DNA of 64,000 nucleotides from a virus, in IMG/VR virus record IMGVR_UViG_3300035199_001057, positions 1 to 64,000 of that record, one strand, 5' to 3'. The notes beneath the pieces were generated by a model. That model was not told the origin of the DNA, ran no database searches, and saw only the letters and a program-made list of their open reading frames with translations. The position numbers and the translations under genes were made by a program. Positions 64,000 to 64,000 of the stretch are shown here, one piece after another (within the stretch, counting starts at the first letter, position 1; each line of letters begins with the position of its first letter).

Positions 64000-64000
64000 A

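Noticed and set aside
49734-64000. Host O-antigen locus or antibiotic biosynthetic cluster
   Set aside because: No wzx/wzy/wzm/wzt, PKS or NRPS genes in the window; the cluster runs into phage genes through overlapping or abutting stop/start codons. A chimera cannot be fully excluded without reads
1-64000. Alternative genetic code, inteins or introns
   Set aside because: Very long ORFs read through in code 11, all three stop codons end genes, and no intein or homing endonuclease motif was recognised

Overview
A 64 kb fragment of a large tailed dsDNA bacteriophage (myovirus-like, jumbo-phage style). All credible genes lie on the minus strand, many with Shine-Dalgarno sites and overlapping stop/start codons. 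In transcription order (right to left) it holds: (1) about 49.7-64 kb, a glycan synthesis and decoration cluster: partial DegT-like aminotransferase, B12 radical SAM enzyme, NDP-hexose 2,3-dehydratase, 3-ketoreductase, RmlB, RmlA, sulfotransferase-FkbM fusion, two probable glycosyltransferases, Gmd, two further FkbM methyltransferases, NDP-hexose C-methyltransferase, UDP-sugar dehydrogenase, HAD phosphatase and APS kinase; (2) about 48-49.7 kb, small genes and a phage sigma factor; (3) about 8.3-48 kb, a baseplate/tail module: M15 peptidase hub, spike with HxH motif, a 3224-aa orphan, gp25, gp6/J, a 3424-aa LamG wedge protein and tail-fibre-anchor-like paralogs; (4) about 3.6-8.3 kb, a RuvC-like resolvase, primase and an Mre11-Rad50 fusion; (5) below 3.6 kb, a beta-helix protein, small membrane proteins and a basic repeat protein behind a perfect sigma-54 promoter. 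The most interesting observation is that a subset of virion proteins is strongly enriched in the dispersed tripeptide [S/T]-[G/A/S]-S while neighbouring structural proteins are not. With the antibiotic-type deoxysugar, methylation and sulfation cluster, this suggests a phage-encoded, sequon-directed virion glycosylation system (inference, untested). All calls come from motif reading by eye and all counts are hand counts. No tRNA, rRNA, CRISPR array or IS element was recognised.
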